Shown in pieces: positions 61,796 through 64,000 of a stretch of DNA of 64,000 nt; position 1 is the first letter of the stretch; each line of letters opens with the position of its first letter. The position numbers were made by a program, and so were the translations under genes. Origin of the DNA: Candidatus Binataceae bacterium (lineage in GTDB: Bacteria; Desulfobacterota; Binatia; Binatales; Binataceae); the NCBI GenBank assembly GCA_035308025.1, contig DATGHL010000004.1, positions 2,678 through 66,677 on the forward strand, written 5' to 3'. The notes beneath the pieces were generated by a model, which ran no database searches, was not told where the DNA came from, and worked only from the letters and a program-made list of their open reading frames with translations.

Positions 61796-62398
61796 ATGAG
61801 TCCGCGGCGGATCGCGAAGCTGCTCGGCGGAATCGGCGCAATCGCCTTGGCTCTGCTGCTGATCGTTACGGTCCTGGTTGTGCGTCGTCGGACGGCCGGA
61901 GAGAAGCTGGTCAAAGCGGCGGTTGGGATCGCGCCCGGATCACTTCTGCATGCACACAATTTCCGCTGGACGCAGATGAAAGGCGATCAGAGCCAGTGGG
62001 TCCTGAAGGCTAAGGACGCGAGCTATTCGGATGACAAAACCGCCATCATTCTGGTCAACCCGGAGCTTTCGATGATTGCGAAAGACGGCAAGCGGGTTGA
62101 TCTCACCGCAAATTTAGCCAAACTTAAAATGAATGGGAGCCATATTATTCAGGCTAATATGAGTGGCGCTCTCGTGATGCATTACGGCGACTTTGTTCTG
62201 ACCACCAGCGAAGCCACCTTTGCGCCCGATAAGGATCGAATTGACGCGGACGGTCCGGTCAAGATCGAAGCTCCGGATATGGTGGTAACCGGGATCGGGA
62301 TGAGCGGTCATCCGAACGCCCAGCTCTTCGAGCTGCGCAGTGAGGTCAACACCCGAATCCTTCCGAAGGAGAAAAGTGATAAAGCGAAGGCTTCCTAG
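61796..62398 (+). CDS. lptC: LPS export system protein LptC
   Basis: Single N-terminal TM anchor, then an OstA-like beta-jellyroll. Gene order precedes lptA. Confidence 0.55.
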   Translation: MSPRRIAKLLGGIGAIALALLLIVTVLVVRRRTAGEKLVKAAVGIAPGSLLHAHNFRWTQMKGDQSQWVLKAKDASYSDDKTAIILVNPELSMIAKDGKRVDLTANLAKLKMNGSHIIQANMSGALVMHYGDFVLTTSEATFAPDKDRIDADGPVKIEAPDMVVTGIGMSGHPNAQLFELRSEVNTRILPKEKSDKAKAS

Positions 62399-63020
62399 TG
62401 ATGCGGCCGGGCTGGGTCTGACCGTTGCGATCCTCGCTGAGTTCGCCCTTCCGGTGATTGGCCTGACAATCGGTCTCCGCGCGGCGATCGCTCAAGCAGC
62501 CCCGCAGGCGACCCCTGCTGCCGCTTCAAGCTCGGATGACAAAGACAACAAAGGAGCGACCGGGGGCCCTTTCGGAGCTTTTGACAACACCAAGAATCGT
62601 GGCCCCGTAAATATCCACTCCGATTCGCTGGCGCTCGACTACAAGGGCAACACCGTGACGTTCGTCGGCCACGTCCATGCGACGCAGGCGGACGGGCAAC
62701 TCACCAGCAAGACGCTCAACGTGAAATACGGCAAGGACTTCCACGAAGTTCAGGAGATGGTCGCTGACGGCGACGTGCGGATGAGCCAGGGAACCCAGTG
62801 GTGCACTTCCGATCACACGGTCCAGAACCAAGCGGCGCATACCGTGGTTCTGACCGGCAGCCCGGTCTGCCACGACGGCAATGATCAGATTAGCGGAACA
62901 AAGATTACGGTCCATACCGACACCAGCAAGAGCGAAGTTGAGGGCGGAGTCAAAGCTATAGTCTTTCCTCGCGAGTCGAAAACTAGCGATAATCAGAAGG
63001 TAGGATCACAGCAGCAATAG
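62340..63020 (+). CDS. lptA: LPS transport periplasmic protein LptA (OstA-like)
   Basis: 'VNIHSDSLALDYKGNTVTFVGHVHATQADGQLTSKTLNVKY' is an OstA/LptA beta-jellyroll. True start probably near 62395 (signal peptide 'LGLTVAILAEFALPVIGL'). Confidence 0.55.
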   Translation: MRSTPESFRRRKVIKRRLPSDAAGLGLTVAILAEFALPVIGLTIGLRAAIAQAAPQATPAAASSSDDKDNKGATGGPFGAFDNTKNRGPVNIHSDSLALDYKGNTVTFVGHVHATQADGQLTSKTLNVKYGKDFHEVQEMVADGDVRMSQGTQWCTSDHTVQNQAAHTVVLTGSPVCHDGNDQISGTKITVHTDTSKSEVEGGVKAIVFPRESKTSDNQKVGSQQQ

Positions 63021-63035
63021 ACGGCGGTTTCGCGT

Positions 63036-64000
63036 ATGGCCCCTGAACTGAAGATTATGCATAACCTGCGGACCGAGTTGCGCGCGCAACTCGTGATGAC
63101 GCCGCAGCTCCAGCAGGCCATCAAGATACTGCAGCTCTCGCTGCCTGAGCTCGAAGCGATCGTGCAGAGTGAGCTCGATTCGAATCCGCTGCTCGAACCG
63201 CTCGATCAAAGCGTGGGCGAAACTGCCGCAAACGCCGATGAAGGCGCGGAGCTCGCCTCGACCGAAGGTGAGCCGCTGCCGCCGGAGCCCGAGCCCGGCA
63301 GCGGTGACGCCTCCGAATGGGATCCCGCCGAGGCTGCGCCGCCGGTCGAACCGATCGCCGTCGCCGAGGCGCCCGACGCCGCCGCAGAGACTTTGGACCC
63401 CTCAATCGAGCGGCTCGATTGGCGTGAATACCTCGAGAACTATTCGAACAACTGGCAGGACGGCGAGGCTCCGAGTGACGACGATGATCGGCGCCAAGCG
63501 CTCGAAAACACGCTGACGCGCCGGACCTCGCTCGAAGACCATCTGATGTGGCAGCTCCGGTTGTCGAATCTCGACGCTGAGGCGCAACGGCTCGGCGCCA
63601 CCATTATCTACAACCTCAATGATGACGGCTATCTAGAGACTCCGCTTGAGCAGCTCGCGACTCAGCTCGAAACCACGGTCGAGCGCATCGAGCAGGTCTT
63701 GAAGCGGGTGCAGCTTCTGGACCCGCCCGGCGTGGCCGCGCGCGATTTGCGCGAATGCCTGCTCGCGCAGTTGCGCAACCACGGCATGGAAGAGTCGCTG
63801 GCCGCGCGCGTCGTCCAGAAGCACCTCGATCTGCTGGAAAAACATCGCTACGCCGAGATCGCGAAGGAACTTGCGGTTCCGCTCGATATGGTGCGCGAAG
63901 CCGCCAAGGCGATCGCGCTGCTGGAACCCAAGCCGGGGCGGGATTACGGCGGCGCGGAGCCCACCTACATCGTGCCCGACGTCTATATCCAGAAAGTGGG
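63036..64000 (+). CDS. rpoN: RNA polymerase sigma-54 factor RpoN (5' partial, continues beyond window)
   Basis: 'LRAQLVMTPQLQQAIKILQLSLPELEAIVQSELDSNPLLEP' is the sigma-54 region I signature. No stop before the window end. Confidence 0.85.
   Translation, partial: MAPELKIMHNLRTELRAQLVMTPQLQQAIKILQLSLPELEAIVQSELDSNPLLEPLDQSVGETAANADEGAELASTEGEPLPPEPEPGSGDASEWDPAEAAPPVEPIAVAEAPDAAAETLDPSIERLDWREYLENYSNNWQDGEAPSDDDDRRQALENTLTRRTSLEDHLMWQLRLSNLDAEAQRLGATIIYNLNDDGYLETPLEQLATQLETTVERIEQVLKRVQLLDPPGVAARDLRECLLAQLRNHGMEESLAARVVQKHLDLLEKHRYAEIAKELAVPLDMVREAAKAIALLEPKPGRDYGGAEPTYIVPDVYIQKV

Overview
High-GC (roughly 65%) chromosomal segment from a Gram-negative (LptC/LptA-bearing) bacterium, mostly core metabolism with several accessory insertions. 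Read left to right: a luciferase-like (LLM) oxidoreductase; a decayed IS21-family element with both istA and istB frameshifted; a large polytopic membrane protein; a GST-like protein, an alpha/beta hydrolase, gluconokinase and an AS-family amidase; a BON-domain protein and a small lipoprotein; a very divergent PEP-carboxylase-like gene; an assimilatory nitrate/nitrite cluster (NNP-type transporter, nirD, nirB, nasA, divergent LysR regulator); a SAM-methyltransferase plus GT-C glycosyltransferase pair; an ArsB/NhaD-type permease; a second LLM oxidoreductase; and LigD (PE-Lig-Pol order) with no Ku nearby. An island of about 7.3 kb with visibly lower GC (about 32.2-39.56 kb) abuts the 3' end of tRNA-Ser(GGA). 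It carries a four-gene envelope-remodelling cassette (DUF1460-like Cys-hydrolase-like protein, GT2, HIT-like HxHxQ protein of the DUF4922/GDP-hexose-phosphorylase type, SpoIID/LytB), a stand-alone trypsin-like serine protease, and a frameshifted IS1595 transposase. Further right: an SDR gene preceded by an unusual array of four 16-20 bp palindromes (TGTTTCACGYGAAACA); then a SAM-methyltransferase, a GT-C-like membrane protein, HU, Ppx/GppA and TrmFO; a YciI plus extended ECF sigma pair; a Cu P-type ATPase with YHS-type N-terminal domains; a Co-type nitrile hydratase (beta, alpha, accessory); peptide deformylase; a dual-specificity-phosphatase-like protein and ThiI; a VOC-family protein; a lipoprotein, a GT2 and a family-III CoA-transferase; a BNR-repeat protein; an SplB-like radical-SAM protein; lptC, lptA and the 5' part of rpoN. 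A dispersed REP/MITE-like repeat of about 65-100 bp occurs at least eight times, once in-frame inside the PEPC-like gene and once overlapping the 5' end of gluconokinase. All calls rest on reading the six-frame translations and the DNA by eye. No database searches were run. Coordinates of features found by motif rather than from the ORF track may be off by a few bases.
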